Positions 1-10,501 of a stretch of DNA of 64,000 bases are shown here, piece after piece; position 1 is the stretch's first letter, and the number at the start of each line of letters is the position of its first letter. The translations under genes were made by a program, and so were the position numbers. The stretch is from Promethearchaeota archaeon. Its GTDB lineage: Archaea; Asgardarchaeota; Lokiarchaeia; Sigyniarchaeales; SOKP01. The stretch covers positions 1 through 64,000 of the forward strand of contig JAFGOA010000063.1 in assembly GCA_016926735.1 (NCBI GenBank). Direction: 5' to 3'. A model generated the notes under the pieces. It had not been told where the DNA came from, did not search any database, and saw only the letters and a program-made list of their open reading frames with translations.

Positions 1-78
1 ATTTTTTTATTTAGTTTTTTTTCTTCTGTTGTTGTGTGTTTTTTGTTGTGTTCAAAATTGATTGTTTGAAAAAAAAAA

Positions 79-711
79 TCAAAACATTTTTTTTTGTTTT
101 TTGAATATTTTTTTTTTTTTTTCGTTAGTATTTATTTCTTCTCCTAAAATTTGTAAGTTAGGTTCTTTATCCAATTTTATCATTTTCAGAACAATATCTG
201 AAATCAATTTATCAAGATTTAATTCTTTTGACATATCTACTGTATAATCTGGTTGATCCCATTTATATTTTTGAAAGCTATCAAATTTTCTATTTATATT
301 AAAAATAACGTTATCAGGTATTGTATATCCTCTTTTTTTATTCCATTCTATGCAAATATTAAAAGGCGTAGCTATATAGATTATAAACATTCTTAATTTT
401 AAATTGCTAGATATTTCTCTTAATTCATGTCTCATGCTTGAATAATAATTTAAATCATCACTGATAACTATTTTCTTTTCAATCAGGTTTTTTTCAATTA
501 ATTTTAGATTCTTCTCTCTAACTAAAATCTCCTTTTTATGATTAAATTCCTTGTCATAGAGAGAATGTCTAATTTTATCTGTATCAATAATAATAGTCTC
601 AAAGTTATTTTGTATTCGTGAAAGTCCTTCCTTTAATTTTTTAGCAAAAATAGATTTTCCTGATGCTGGTAATCCTGTTAGACATATTAAAAAATTATTT
701 TTTAATTCCAA
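79..711 (-). CDS. pstK: L-seryl-tRNA(Sec) kinase (PSTK)/Kti12-family P-loop kinase; C-terminus probably corrupted by low-quality sequence at the window start
   Basis: Walker A GLPASGKS; family motif ISDDLNYYSSMR; KYKWDQP; TTG start. Confidence 0.75.
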   Translation of the reverse strand: MELKNNFLICLTGLPASGKSIFAKKLKEGLSRIQNNFETIIIDTDKIRHSLYDKEFNHKKEILVREKNLKLIEKNLIEKKIVISDDLNYYSSMRHELREISSNLKLRMFIIYIATPFNICIEWNKKRGYTIPDNVIFNINRKFDSFQKYKWDQPDYTVDMSKELNLDKLISDIVLKMIKLDKEPNLQILGEEINTNEKKKKIFKKQKKMF

Positions 712-717
712 AATAAC

Positions 718-984
718 TCATCCTTTTGAAAAATTTTTAATTAGATCAAGTTTTTTTTCTCGAGTAAAGCTTTTAATCTCTAATTCTCTTTTCATAGCTT
801 CCTTAATATCCATATATGATTCAAAATATTTTATTTCTATATCTTTTCCTTTACAAAATTTAGCTCCTCTATTATTTTTATGTTCTTTAAGTCTTCTCAA
901 TAAATCATTCGTATATCCAGTATAGAATTTTGTCTTTCCATTCTTAGTTGTAGTCTCTAAGATATATACATAAAATACAGACAT
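718..984 (-). CDS. Small GIY-YIG nuclease (UPF0213/YhbQ-like)
   Basis: FYVYIL...FYTGYTNDLLRRLKEH...GAKF...AMKRELEIK. Confidence 0.85.
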   Translation of the reverse strand: MSVFYVYILETTTKNGKTKFYTGYTNDLLRRLKEHKNNRGAKFCKGKDIEIKYFESYMDIKEAMKRELEIKSFTREKKLDLIKNFSKG

Positions 985-1349
985 AAGTTTATTCCTCTTA
1001 TATTGAATAATTCTTAATTTAATTATAATCTCTTTTATTTTTATATATTTTATTTTTGATAATTATTCAGAGAAATCAATTTATATTTCAATAATATAAC
1101 TTATCAGAAAAAAAAAATTGAATAATATAATTTGTTTATTGAAGAAAATATTTATCATAATTCTATTATAATAACAATATTCTGAATCTTCTGATTTTTA
1201 CTAATTATTTGTAATTAATCAAATGATCTGAAAGAAATTAAAAAAAAATAAATTAGTAAAATAAAATTATTCTACTGTAGAAAAAAATTTATTGAAAATT
1301 TATTCTAATAATATTGAAAAATCAATAAATTTCTCATTATGTGATAAAT

Positions 1350-1985
1350 ATGGTTAAAGGAGTTGCACTTATTACTTGGGATACTATTGAGGGGGGTGTA
1401 GTTCAAATAAAATATCCAGATAATCTCAATGTCCCAAACAATATAGTGCAACAGATTCAAATTTCACATAATTTTTCTGAATCGTATATTATCACTGAAG
1501 AAAAGAATTGGAACTCAATTTCTTTTTTTAATAAAGAAAAAGAAGCAATTATAATGTTAATTCTAGAAAAATATGATGATGGATCTGATTATATTCCCGT
1601 TCTTGAAGAATTTAATAAAGAAATTGAAACTAATGCCAATGGAGGAGTTTTAAAAGAACATTTGAAAAGAATATATGATTTTAGTTTAAATGTATTTAGA
1701 ACTCGTGATGAAGTTATTTCAAAATTAAGTAATGAAGTTGCTCAATTACGAACTAAAGAGTATGATGTTCAAAAGAAAATTGAAAAAATAATAAATTCAG
1801 ATTATTTACCCGTAAAGAGTAAAATACAAATACTCCTTAGTATAAATGACTATCAAACATTTGATGATCTATTGGCTTCTATCAATACTTCAAAAAATTG
1901 GTTGCAGAAGGTATTAAACAATTTAGTAAATAAGGATATTATTGAATATAATAAAAAAAAAAAATTCTATCATTTACAATTCTAA
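1350..1985 (+). CDS. Hypothetical protein: uDENN/longin-like N-terminus, coiled coil, C-terminal winged HTH
   Basis: VKGVALITWDTIEGGVVQIKYP resembles a uDENN first strand-turn-YP; heptad stretch EVISKLSNEVAQLRTKE; wHTH-like end LQKVLNNLVNKDIIEY. ATG at 1350 preferred over GTG at 1341. Confidence 0.45.
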   Translation: MVKGVALITWDTIEGGVVQIKYPDNLNVPNNIVQQIQISHNFSESYIITEEKNWNSISFFNKEKEAIIMLILEKYDDGSDYIPVLEEFNKEIETNANGGVLKEHLKRIYDFSLNVFRTRDEVISKLSNEVAQLRTKEYDVQKKIEKIINSDYLPVKSKIQILLSINDYQTFDDLLASINTSKNWLQKVLNNLVNKDIIEYNKKKKFYHLQF

Positions 1986-2088
1986 ATATATTTACTTTTT
2001 TCTCATAATTAAAAAATATTCTTGGTAAATAAATATAAATTCAAGTGATCGATGATTTTATTTCTAAAAAGTTCTTTATTAAAATTAT

Positions 2089-2361
2089 ATGAAACGGATT
2101 ATTATTGATGTTTTCGGGATTGTTCAAGGTGTATTTTTTCGTCATAATACACAAAAAATAGCAAGAAAACTTAATTTAACCGGATATGTTAGAAATATGT
2201 CTAATGGAAGCGTTCATATTGAGGCTGAAGGTCCACAAGAAAAATTAGAAGAACTTCTGAAATTTGCAAAAATAGGACCTATTTATGCAAGAGTAGATAA
2301 AATTAACTACAGATATATAGAACCAACTAATGAATTTAGTCACTTTAGTTATTCTTTCTAA
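2089..2361 (+). CDS. acyP: Acylphosphatase
   Basis: GIVQGVFFR and GYVRNMSNGSVHIEAEG motifs, 90 aa. Confidence 0.93.
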   Translation: MKRIIIDVFGIVQGVFFRHNTQKIARKLNLTGYVRNMSNGSVHIEAEGPQEKLEELLKFAKIGPIYARVDKINYRYIEPTNEFSHFSYSF

Positions 2362-2477
2362 TTGAATTTATTAAAATTTTTAAAAATTATAGAATTATAA
2401 ACATTTGAAATATGCAATATTTTATTAAATAGAAAAGGTATAAATTAAATAATTATTATTTAAATATTTGAATAAAC

Positions 2478-3014
2478 ATGGTTGAACCAAATTATATCGT
2501 AAAGCTATGCCTTTTAGGAGAAGCATCTGTAGGGAAGACTTCTCTTGTTTATAGATTTGTTCAGAACTCTTTTCGAGAATCATATAAAAGTACTCTTGGA
2601 GTTAATTTATTAAAGAAAGATCTAATTATTGACGGGTATGGGGGTGTTTCAGCGCAAATCTGGGATTTAGGTGGTCAAGAAAGTTTTAAATCTTTACGTA
2701 AACTATATTTAGAAGGAGCTAATGGAGCTTTAGTAATTTATGATACAACAAATGTAAAATCTTTTAAAAAATTAGACGAATGGATTGGTAGTTTTAAAGA
2801 GACTAGAGGGATTAAACCACTTTTTCTTATTGGAAATAAAATAGATTTAGAAGAAAAAATAAAAGTTACCGAAGAAGAGGGAAGACAATATGCAAAAGAC
2901 AATGGGATGGATTTTATGATTACTTCTGCTAAAACAGGTAATAATGTTGAAATAGCATTTAGTAAAATTATAAAATCAATATTGGATGAGATCTCTCAGG
3001 ATGATTTAACCTAG
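2478..3014 (+). CDS. Rab-like small GTPase (Asgard ESP)
   Basis: G1 GEASVGKTS, G2 STLG, G3 WDLGGQE, G4 GNKID, G5 TSAKTG; no prenylation Cys at the C-terminus. Confidence 0.93.
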   Translation: MVEPNYIVKLCLLGEASVGKTSLVYRFVQNSFRESYKSTLGVNLLKKDLIIDGYGGVSAQIWDLGGQESFKSLRKLYLEGANGALVIYDTTNVKSFKKLDEWIGSFKETRGIKPLFLIGNKIDLEEKIKVTEEEGRQYAKDNGMDFMITSAKTGNNVEIAFSKIIKSILDEISQDDLT

Positions 3015-3065
3015 ATATCTTTTTTTAAAATAATTATTAAAATGTTAATTTTGTCTTTAAATATA

Positions 3066-3428
3066 TTATATTTCATCATTCATTTCTATTTTTTGGCAGA
3101 TAGCTCTAATTGAATTAAGATATTCATGATATAATTCATTTAATAATTTAGCATCTTTTGCTTTTTTATAAGCCATAAGAAATAATTGATTTAATGATCT
3201 TTTATTATTTTCAGAATAAATATTGTTTTTTAATCCAATAAGATCACTATACTGATCCAGAAAATTACATAAGATATATCGATTCTCAATAGTCAGATTC
3301 GATCTATTTAATGCACCAAACATTCTGAGAATTAGAGGTGTTTTATATTTACTCCCTAAAGTATTGATTGTAGCTAAAATATTTGAAAAAACATGCTTAA
3401 GGGAATATTGATCTGAAAATAAACTCAT
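3066..3428 (-). CDS. Hypothetical protein (helical)
   Basis: 120-aa ORF with ATG start; no motif recognised. Confidence 0.6.
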   Translation of the reverse strand: MSLFSDQYSLKHVFSNILATINTLGSKYKTPLILRMFGALNRSNLTIENRYILCNFLDQYSDLIGLKNNIYSENNKRSLNQLFLMAYKKAKDAKLLNELYHEYLNSIRAICQKIEMNDEI

Positions 3429-3528
3429 ATAAAAAAAAAGAATTAAAAAGATTTAATGAAAAAGAGTAATATGCTAATATCACTACTTTATTAAATAACT
3501 AATTTATAAAAACATGTTTTAAATTTTT

Positions 3529-4038
3529 TTAATCTTTTTGAAATACAATCATAAATTCACAAGAATCTTCTCCTGTTTGTAGACTGCAACTTAACTCTTG
3601 GGCAAAACAATGTACATCACTAATCCCTTCTACGATCCCTGCTAATAATCCTGCTTCAAAAGAACAGAAATTCGCTTTGGTTCTTATTTCTTGACCAATT
3701 AATCCTTGTAGTGATGAGTGGTTCTTTAATTTTAATTGAACAATTTCATCTGTTTTATTTGTTATTTCAACATCGCCTATGTTAAATTCTTTGATTATAT
3801 TTTTTATTTCATCAGGAATCTTATCTGGTGATACTATGTCTTTAGTTTTTATGAGTGAACCAAGTTCATGACCTAAATAATAAAAAATAGCTTCTAATTG
3901 CTGACCTAAAGCGAAAAGGGCTCCATATTTAAGATCTCCAATTGATTTTCCTTCCTTAAGATACATTTTCATTTGAGTTAATATTTTTGATAATAGTGAA
4001 CGATCCATAAATTTATCTCCTTTTTTTTCTTCATTCAA
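3529..4038 (-). CDS. V4R domain protein
   Basis: FCSFEAGLLAGIVEG...AQELSC...GEDSCEFMI pattern with conserved Cys. Confidence 0.88.
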   Translation of the reverse strand: MNEEKKGDKFMDRSLLSKILTQMKMYLKEGKSIGDLKYGALFALGQQLEAIFYYLGHELGSLIKTKDIVSPDKIPDEIKNIIKEFNIGDVEITNKTDEIVQLKLKNHSSLQGLIGQEIRTKANFCSFEAGLLAGIVEGISDVHCFAQELSCSLQTGEDSCEFMIVFQKD

Positions 4039-4043
4039 ATTTT

Positions 4044-4346
4044 TTATATTTTTACAGAGGCTATAAATGCATACAAAATACTATCAATAATATCCTCCTC
4101 CTCGATATTTAGCATTAATTTCCTTTCTCCAATAATTAATGTTGGAACGGATGTAATATTATATTTATTTATTAGCTCTCTATTTTCTTGCATGTTTATA
4201 TTGATTTTATCAATCTGTAATCTTTTACCAAACATAGATATATTGATTCTTTTTAATTTTTCTTCCACAGGTTTACAAGGCATACAATGTTGCGACGAAA
4301 AAAACAAAATTTTTGGATAATCTTGTCTAAAATTCTCATCAATCAT
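4044..4346 (-). CDS. Thioredoxin-family protein
   Basis: CMPC active site; ITSVPTLII cis-Pro motif. Confidence 0.88.
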   Translation of the reverse strand: MIDENFRQDYPKILFFSSQHCMPCKPVEEKLKRINISMFGKRLQIDKININMQENRELINKYNITSVPTLIIGERKLMLNIEEEDIIDSILYAFIASVKI

Positions 4347-4360
4347 GCAAAATACAAGTT

Positions 4361-4900
4361 TTATTTATCTTTATATTCAAAATATAATTCTTTTATAATT
4401 TCCTGAAATCCTTCATATACTCCTGCACCAGTCTTTGCTGATGTGTTAAAATATTTTAAGAATCCCCTATCATCAACTAGTTTATCAATTTTTTTACTAT
4501 CCAAATCTTTTTCATCAATTAGGTCTATTTTATTTCCAAATAAGACAATAGGGATATCACCACAATATTTTTCAATATCTTCATACCATTTTGGTATATT
4601 TTTAAAGCTATCTTCATTGGTATGTGAGAAAACAATGATCGCTGCTTTACTTCCTTTATAAAATGTAGGTCTCATAAAATTCCATTCATCTTGACCTGCT
4701 ATATCCCAAAAAAACAATTTACAACTTTCGCCATCTATTTCTTCATCATATTTTGAAAATTGAGCGCCCATAGTCTTAATATAGTCTTTTTGAAATGATC
4801 CTTTCGTATATTTTTTTATAAGTGATGTTTTTCCCACAGCTCCATCGCCAATAACTGTTATTTTAAAGACAAATCCTCTTTTTTCATCATAATCTTTCAT
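4361..4900 (-). CDS. Rab-like small GTPase (Asgard ESP)
   Basis: GDGAVGKTS, KTMG, WDIAGQD, GNKID, TSAKTG. Confidence 0.93.
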   Translation of the reverse strand: MKDYDEKRGFVFKITVIGDGAVGKTSLIKKYTKGSFQKDYIKTMGAQFSKYDEEIDGESCKLFFWDIAGQDEWNFMRPTFYKGSKAAIIVFSHTNEDSFKNIPKWYEDIEKYCGDIPIVLFGNKIDLIDEKDLDSKKIDKLVDDRGFLKYFNTSAKTGAGVYEGFQEIIKELYFEYKDK

Positions 4901-5156
4901 TTAATCACTCTGAAGAAATCAATATTTCATTTGTATAATAATATGAATATTAGATAATTATATTTTCTGTTATTTATTAGTTATTAATTTATAATATATA
5001 TTATAAAACTTTTATTAAAAACTATCCAAGTCTCATTACAGACAAAATCTTATATTTTATTTTTGTGAAATTATTTTTTTCAAATTTAATATTAAAATAT
5101 TAGAATTGGATATTAACAAAATAAAAAACAATGAAAAAAGAAGATAGAGATTCAAA

Positions 5157-5633
5157 ATGAAATTATTGATAAGAGTTCAAAATATTATTGATCAACTATA
5201 TAAAATGAAAAAAAAAATAGCTATAGCTGAATCCTGTACAGGAGGATATATCTGTCATATGATTACAAACATATCTGGAGCCTCAAAAATATTTGAACGG
5301 GGAATAATTTGTTATAGTAATCAATCAAAAATGGAATTATTGGCAATTAATAAAGAGAATTTAGAAAAATATGGAGCTGTCTCTGACATAGTTGCATCTC
5401 AACTTGCAAAGAATATTAAAGAAATTTCAAAGGTTGATTTAGGAATTAGCATCACTGGTATAGCAGGTCCTAATGGAGGTACATTATTAAAACCTGTTGG
5501 ATTAGTTTTTATTGGATTTGCATTCTTAGATAAAGTTCTTGTAGAAAAGTATCAGATAAAGGCTAGTAGAATTATTTTTAAGGAAAAGGTTTTAGAAAAA
5601 GTTTTAAGCTTTTTGGAACAATACGTGAAATAA
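5157..5633 (+). CDS. pncC: CinA C-terminal domain / NMN deamidase (PncC)
   Basis: AIAESCTGG, ISGAS, YSNQSK, GAVS, ITGIAGPNGG...KPVGLVFIG. Confidence 0.9.
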   Translation: MKLLIRVQNIIDQLYKMKKKIAIAESCTGGYICHMITNISGASKIFERGIICYSNQSKMELLAINKENLEKYGAVSDIVASQLAKNIKEISKVDLGISITGIAGPNGGTLLKPVGLVFIGFAFLDKVLVEKYQIKASRIIFKEKVLEKVLSFLEQYVK

Positions 5634-5759
5634 AGAAAAAAAAGGATTTTATCCTATTAATTATTTTTAAAATTGTTTTATTACAATAAACAATTGTAAA
5701 TTAAAATTAATAGTTCAAAATATCATGAATATAAGTGAATAACCTTAATTTATAAAACA

Positions 5760-6134
5760 CTATTTAATTTTATGTGTTTTTGAGCATTTTATACATATGA
5801 ATTGAAAGATATTATTTTCCCATAATTCAATGATTTTACCTAAACCTAACGAAGAATTCAAATAGAAAAAATCAATAAACTCAATTTCATTGCCACAATT
5901 TAAGCAATTTTTTTTTTCCAAATCATTGTAATTAATACCTATATCATTTAATAAATTTTTAAAGATCTCTCTTCTGGAAATTATAAATTTCTTCCAAATT
6001 TTAATAATTTTTCTTTTTTTTCTTTTTAAGTTAGAAGGGGTAATTTTAATAGAACTTATAATAGAATTTGGTGAATTTTTTTCATTTTTATCAAGAAGAA
6101 TTGAATCAAAACTAATATTATGCATTAAAACCAC
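5760..6134 (-). CDS. Hypothetical protein with CxxC...CxxC zinc finger
   Basis: CLNC and CIKC pairs. Confidence 0.55.
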   Translation of the reverse strand: MVLMHNISFDSILLDKNEKNSPNSIISSIKITPSNLKRKKRKIIKIWKKFIISRREIFKNLLNDIGINYNDLEKKNCLNCGNEIEFIDFFYLNSSLGLGKIIELWENNIFQFICIKCSKTHKIK

Positions 6135-6481
6135 TTGAATAAATACTTAAACTCGAAATTTATGTCTTTTTTTTTTTAAAATATAATTTATTAGAGCTTG
6201 AAAATTAATGAAATATATAAATATTTGTCGATTTTTGATCATATTTGATAATTAAGTTTTAAAAATATATTTTCATAAAAAATTAATGCAAGTACAGAGG
6301 AAAATATCGTAATATATTGTTTTTTATATAATAGAGAGAATAATTTATTCTTATTTCAAATTATTTTATTTCACAGGAATAGATAAAAATTCAATAATTT
6401 TATATTGTTGTTTGTTTATTAAAATTATGGGTTCATAATATATGATTATCTAATAGATAGTTATTTGTTTAGGGGTATATT

Positions 6482-6940
6482 ATGGTAATAAGGGAAGTAG
6501 GTATCCTCTTTAGAGGTAATGATTTAATTAATGTTCAATATCATGTAACAAGTGGAAAGATAGATCATGATATTAGGAGCGCTTTTTTCACTGCCATAAT
6601 TGATTTTGCAGAATCCACTTTTAATTCTAATAAGATGAAATATTTGGGAGGAGAAAAATATATTATTGCTTTTTTAGAAGATAAGATTTCTTCTATTGAT
6701 TTACCCATTGAAGAATCATTTTATGCATATATGATTCTCGATAAAGAAAAGAAAATGGAGAAATATTTCAATAAAGTAATTAGTCCTCTTTTATTTAAGG
6801 TTATTAGAAAATTTAAGAATATGTATAATGGTAAATATCTCTCTAAGACCAGTCAATTTACTGAATTTAAGAAAAATTTAGATGAAATTTGTGGTTCTAT
6901 GACTCAAAATATGGATCAAAAATTAAAAGGCACTTTTTAA
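6482..6940 (+). CDS. Hypothetical protein, probable longin-like domain
   Basis: beta-beta-alpha-beta3-alpha pattern (IREVGILFRG...SAFFTAIIDFAE...KYIIAF...YAYMIL...VIRKFKNMY). Confidence 0.45.
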   Translation: MVIREVGILFRGNDLINVQYHVTSGKIDHDIRSAFFTAIIDFAESTFNSNKMKYLGGEKYIIAFLEDKISSIDLPIEESFYAYMILDKEKKMEKYFNKVISPLLFKVIRKFKNMYNGKYLSKTSQFTEFKKNLDEICGSMTQNMDQKLKGTF

Positions 6941-7884
6941 TCTGTAATAACTGTCTTTAAATACCAGTAAATTAATGGGAGTACTATTGTTGCATCTGAA
7001 ATTATTGTAGAATATTCTGCTTTTTCATGTATTTTGCCCCAAGACATTGCTTCTCTTAAAGATGCTCCACTAAGTCCTCCTGGTTCTGGGCGATCCATTG
7101 TGATTTGAATTGCATATTTAGCTGAGTTTGGACAAAATTGTTGGGATTGAAAGATAAAATTTTTAGGAGTTCCTCCTCCTATAATACATACGCCAGATGT
7201 TTTTGCTTCCCATGAAATATCAACTAATTCTAACATATCTTTAAAATGATTAAGATTTAATCCTCGATTATGAAATCCTAATTGTAATGCTAATCCTGAA
7301 TCGGTAAAAGCAGGACAGAAAATTGGTATATTTTTTTCTGAAGCAATTTTTAAAATAGATTTTGAATTCTCTGGCAATTGTTTACCTAAAAAATTTAAGA
7401 ATTTACTAACTGACATAGAGTTATCAGGAATTTTTAATTTAGATATGAAATCTTCTAATCCTTCATAGACCGAATTCGGTAAAAATACATCATAAATACG
7501 ATTAATCTCTTCTTCATGCAAAAAACTATCATCTATTTTATTAATATCAATATCTCCTTGAAGATGTTGATAACCTAAACTTTCAGCAATATCATGAGTT
7601 AAATTAGCTCCAGTAGTGACTAAGATATCAATAAATCCATCTTTTATAAAATCATAAATTATCCCTTGCATTCCTACAGGAACCATAGCACCAGCTAAAC
7701 CAAAAAATTTTACACAATTTATGTCTTTTACCATTGTTTCATAAATATTACATGCTTTAGCCAGTCTTTTAGCATTAAAACCTGTATTAATAAATTGATT
7801 AATTATTTCTTTTATTGTACTATCCTTTTTGATTCTAAACTGATTAACTTCCTTAAGGTGATCTTTAAAATCTTTTTCATTCAT
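6937..7884 (-). CDS. dys: Deoxyhypusine synthase
   Basis: TGFNA, VTTGANLTHD, CPAFTDS, GGGTPKNF, GGLSGA..EAMSWGK (catalytic Lys). Confidence 0.95.
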   Translation of the reverse strand: MNEKDFKDHLKEVNQFRIKKDSTIKEIINQFINTGFNAKRLAKACNIYETMVKDINCVKFFGLAGAMVPVGMQGIIYDFIKDGFIDILVTTGANLTHDIAESLGYQHLQGDIDINKIDDSFLHEEEINRIYDVFLPNSVYEGLEDFISKLKIPDNSMSVSKFLNFLGKQLPENSKSILKIASEKNIPIFCPAFTDSGLALQLGFHNRGLNLNHFKDMLELVDISWEAKTSGVCIIGGGTPKNFIFQSQQFCPNSAKYAIQITMDRPEPGGLSGASLREAMSWGKIHEKAEYSTIISDATIVLPLIYWYLKTVITD

Positions 7885-8792
7885 AATTTGTTCTTATTTA
7901 ATGTTATAAATGATATTAATTCGATTATAATTTTAGCTGCTAAATTTGAAGTAATCTGATTTGATAAATCTAAATTAGGAGCAACTTCAACTAAATCAAA
8001 TCCAATAATTTCAAATTCATTTGTTATTTTTTTTAACATTATCCAAAAGTCCCTATAGGTAAATCCTCCAGGAATTGCAAATCCCGTAGCAGGAGCAATT
8101 GAGGGATCTAATGCATCAATATCTATTGAAATATAAAGAGTCTTAATCCCAGAAGATTGAAAGAAGTTAATGATCTTATTGATATATTCATCTAGACCTA
8201 ATTCTGGGACGAGATATGAGTTTAAATAAGTAATATTTTCATTCTGAGCAATCTCAATTTCAGGTATATCGATATCCCTTGTTCCAGCTATTAAAAGATT
8301 TTTGTTATGTATATACTCTAAATCAAAGATTCTATGGGTAACGGTTGCATGTGAATATACTCCTTTATCCCATTCTTCATATAAATCCAAATGTGAATCA
8401 AAGATTAAAACTCCCAAATTTTCTTTATTTTCTAAATTTCTTCCAATTGCTTTAAATACAGGAAAAGTACAGAAATGATCCCCTCCAATCATTATTGGAA
8501 CTATATCTTTCTTTTTATTATAAATTTTATTGACATAATTTTTAATTTCATTGATATTAGTATCAACTTCATTTGGAATTATATTCACATCCCCAATATC
8601 TACAACATTTAGTTCAGGAATTGACATCCCTAATTCTGTAGTTAAAGCTAAATTATTCGTTACATCTCGTATTATTTGAGGTGCAATTGAAGAATTTGGT
8701 GCTTTTATAGATGTTAAATAGTCCCATGGAATTCCAAATATTACAAATTCAGTATTTTCATCAATAATAATCCCATAATCATAAAAAGTCAT
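7881..8792 (-). CDS. speB: Agmatinase (ureohydrolase family)
   Basis: GGDH, DSHLD, SHAT, SIDIDALDP..APATG, DLVEVAP; 4-nt ATGA overlap with dys. Confidence 0.9.
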   Translation of the reverse strand: MTFYDYGIIIDENTEFVIFGIPWDYLTSIKAPNSSIAPQIIRDVTNNLALTTELGMSIPELNVVDIGDVNIIPNEVDTNINEIKNYVNKIYNKKKDIVPIMIGGDHFCTFPVFKAIGRNLENKENLGVLIFDSHLDLYEEWDKGVYSHATVTHRIFDLEYIHNKNLLIAGTRDIDIPEIEIAQNENITYLNSYLVPELGLDEYINKIINFFQSSGIKTLYISIDIDALDPSIAPATGFAIPGGFTYRDFWIMLKKITNEFEIIGFDLVEVAPNLDLSNQITSNLAAKIIIELISFITLNKNKL

Positions 8793-8815
8793 AATATCTC
8801 TCTTTTTTATTTAAT

Positions 8816-10501
8816 TTACATATTTTCAGGAGCTTTGATTCCTAAAAGACTTAATCCATTTTTTAAGATAATACGAGTGCATTCAGCTAATAATAATCGT
8901 CCTTTTCTTAAATCTTTATACTCTTTCAATATATTGCAGCTATTATAAAATTTATTAAATGTTTGGGAGAGCTCAATAAGAAAAGTAGCGATTATATGTG
9001 GCTTATACTCTAATGCTGCTTTTTCTACAATCGTGCTAAACTCTCCTAAAATTTTAGATAATTCAAACTCTATATCTTCTTTGAATATACTAAAATCTAT
9101 CTCGTTTGATATTGAATCTTCTGTTTTTCTTAAAATACTACAAATTCTTGCATGTGTATATTGAATATAGGGTGCAGTTTCTCCTTTAAAATCTAACGCT
9201 TTTTCCCATGAGAACTCAATATCATTTGTTCGATCGTTTGATAAATCTCCAAATATTATTGCACCAATACCAATTTGTTCAGCTATTTTTTCTTTTTCAG
9301 GTAAATCAGGATTTTTTTCTTCAATAATCTCTCTGACGGTTTTAATTGCTTTATCTATAACATCACTAAGATGGATAAAATTTCCTTCCCTAGTTGACAT
9401 CATAACCCCTTCATAAGTCATTGTACCAAATTCTATATGTATGAATCTATTTTCATCATAACCTATCATTCCTAAGAGAGTAAATAATTGTTTGAAATGT
9501 AATTTTTGTGGGGCGCCTACTACATATAGAATTTTATCTGGATTATATTCTTTGATACGATATAATGCTGCGGCAATATCTCTTGTATGATATGTGGAAG
9601 CACCATCAGATTTTTGAATAATCATTGGGGTTTTTATTTTTTTATCTTCTAATTTAATAATTAATGCATTATCAGATATTTCTGTTTGAATATTATCTTT
9701 TAAAAAATCAATAGTATCTGTTAATTTATCATTATAAAAGGATTCACCTTGAAAATAATCAAATGAAATATTCAATCTGTCATAATATTTGCAAAATTCA
9801 TTTAAACTTAAATCTCTAAAATGTTTCCAATATTTAACTTCCTTGGAAGATCCTTTTTCTAAATTTTTGAATGATTCTCTCGCTTTTTCATCCAAACCAG
9901 GATTTTCTTTTGCTTTTTTTCCAAATTTAATATATATTTTCACCAAATAATCAATAGCATTATCTTTTAATTTATCATCATCTCCCCATTCATCAAAAGC
10001 AACCATTAATTTTCCAAATTGAGTACCCCAATCACCTAAATGATTTATTTTTATTATTCTATATCCTAATTTTGAAAGAATATGATATAATGCATTTCCA
10101 ATTACAGTTGATCGTAAATGAGCAATACCAAATGGTTTTGCGATATTTGGTGATGAAAAATCTATAATAATTGTCTTTCCTTTCCCTATTGTTTGTGAAC
10201 CATAATCCTCTTTTCTTTTAAAAATTTCACATAAATTATTTTTTATTAGTTCTTCTCTGTTAACAAAAAAATTAAGATAAGCTCCAATATTTTTCACATT
10301 TTCAAAAAATTTATTCAATACTAATTTTTCTGCAAGATCTGAGGCAATTTTTTTAGGATCTTCTTTAAATTCCTTAGAAAAGCGAAAACACGGAATAGAG
10401 TAATCTCCAAACTCTGCATTAGGCGGGTTTTCAATCAAAGACTTATCTATATTAACAAATGGTTTTAATAGGTTTATGATCTCTTCTTTAAACTTAATCA
10501 T
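8816..10501 (-). CDS. argS: Arginine--tRNA ligase
   Basis: DFSSPNIAKPFGIAHLRST, HLGDWGTQFG, MSTREG, PYIQYTHARICSI, C-terminal APENM. Confidence 0.97.
   Translation of the reverse strand: MIKFKEEIINLLKPFVNIDKSLIENPPNAEFGDYSIPCFRFSKEFKEDPKKIASDLAEKLVLNKFFENVKNIGAYLNFFVNREELIKNNLCEIFKRKEDYGSQTIGKGKTIIIDFSSPNIAKPFGIAHLRSTVIGNALYHILSKLGYRIIKINHLGDWGTQFGKLMVAFDEWGDDDKLKDNAIDYLVKIYIKFGKKAKENPGLDEKARESFKNLEKGSSKEVKYWKHFRDLSLNEFCKYYDRLNISFDYFQGESFYNDKLTDTIDFLKDNIQTEISDNALIIKLEDKKIKTPMIIQKSDGASTYHTRDIAAALYRIKEYNPDKILYVVGAPQKLHFKQLFTLLGMIGYDENRFIHIEFGTMTYEGVMMSTREGNFIHLSDVIDKAIKTVREIIEEKNPDLPEKEKIAEQIGIGAIIFGDLSNDRTNDIEFSWEKALDFKGETAPYIQYTHARICSILRKTEDSISNEIDFSIFKEDIEFELSKILGEFSTIVEKAALEYKPHIIATFLIELSQTFNKFYNSCNILKEYKDLRKGRLLLAECTRIILKNGLSLLGIKAPENM

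Noticed and set aside
1-130. Extreme T/A homopolymer stretch and the K-rich end of PSTK; plus-strand ORF 62-247
   Set aside because: Looks like low-quality contig-end sequence rather than biology; the plus-strand ORF is an antisense shadow.
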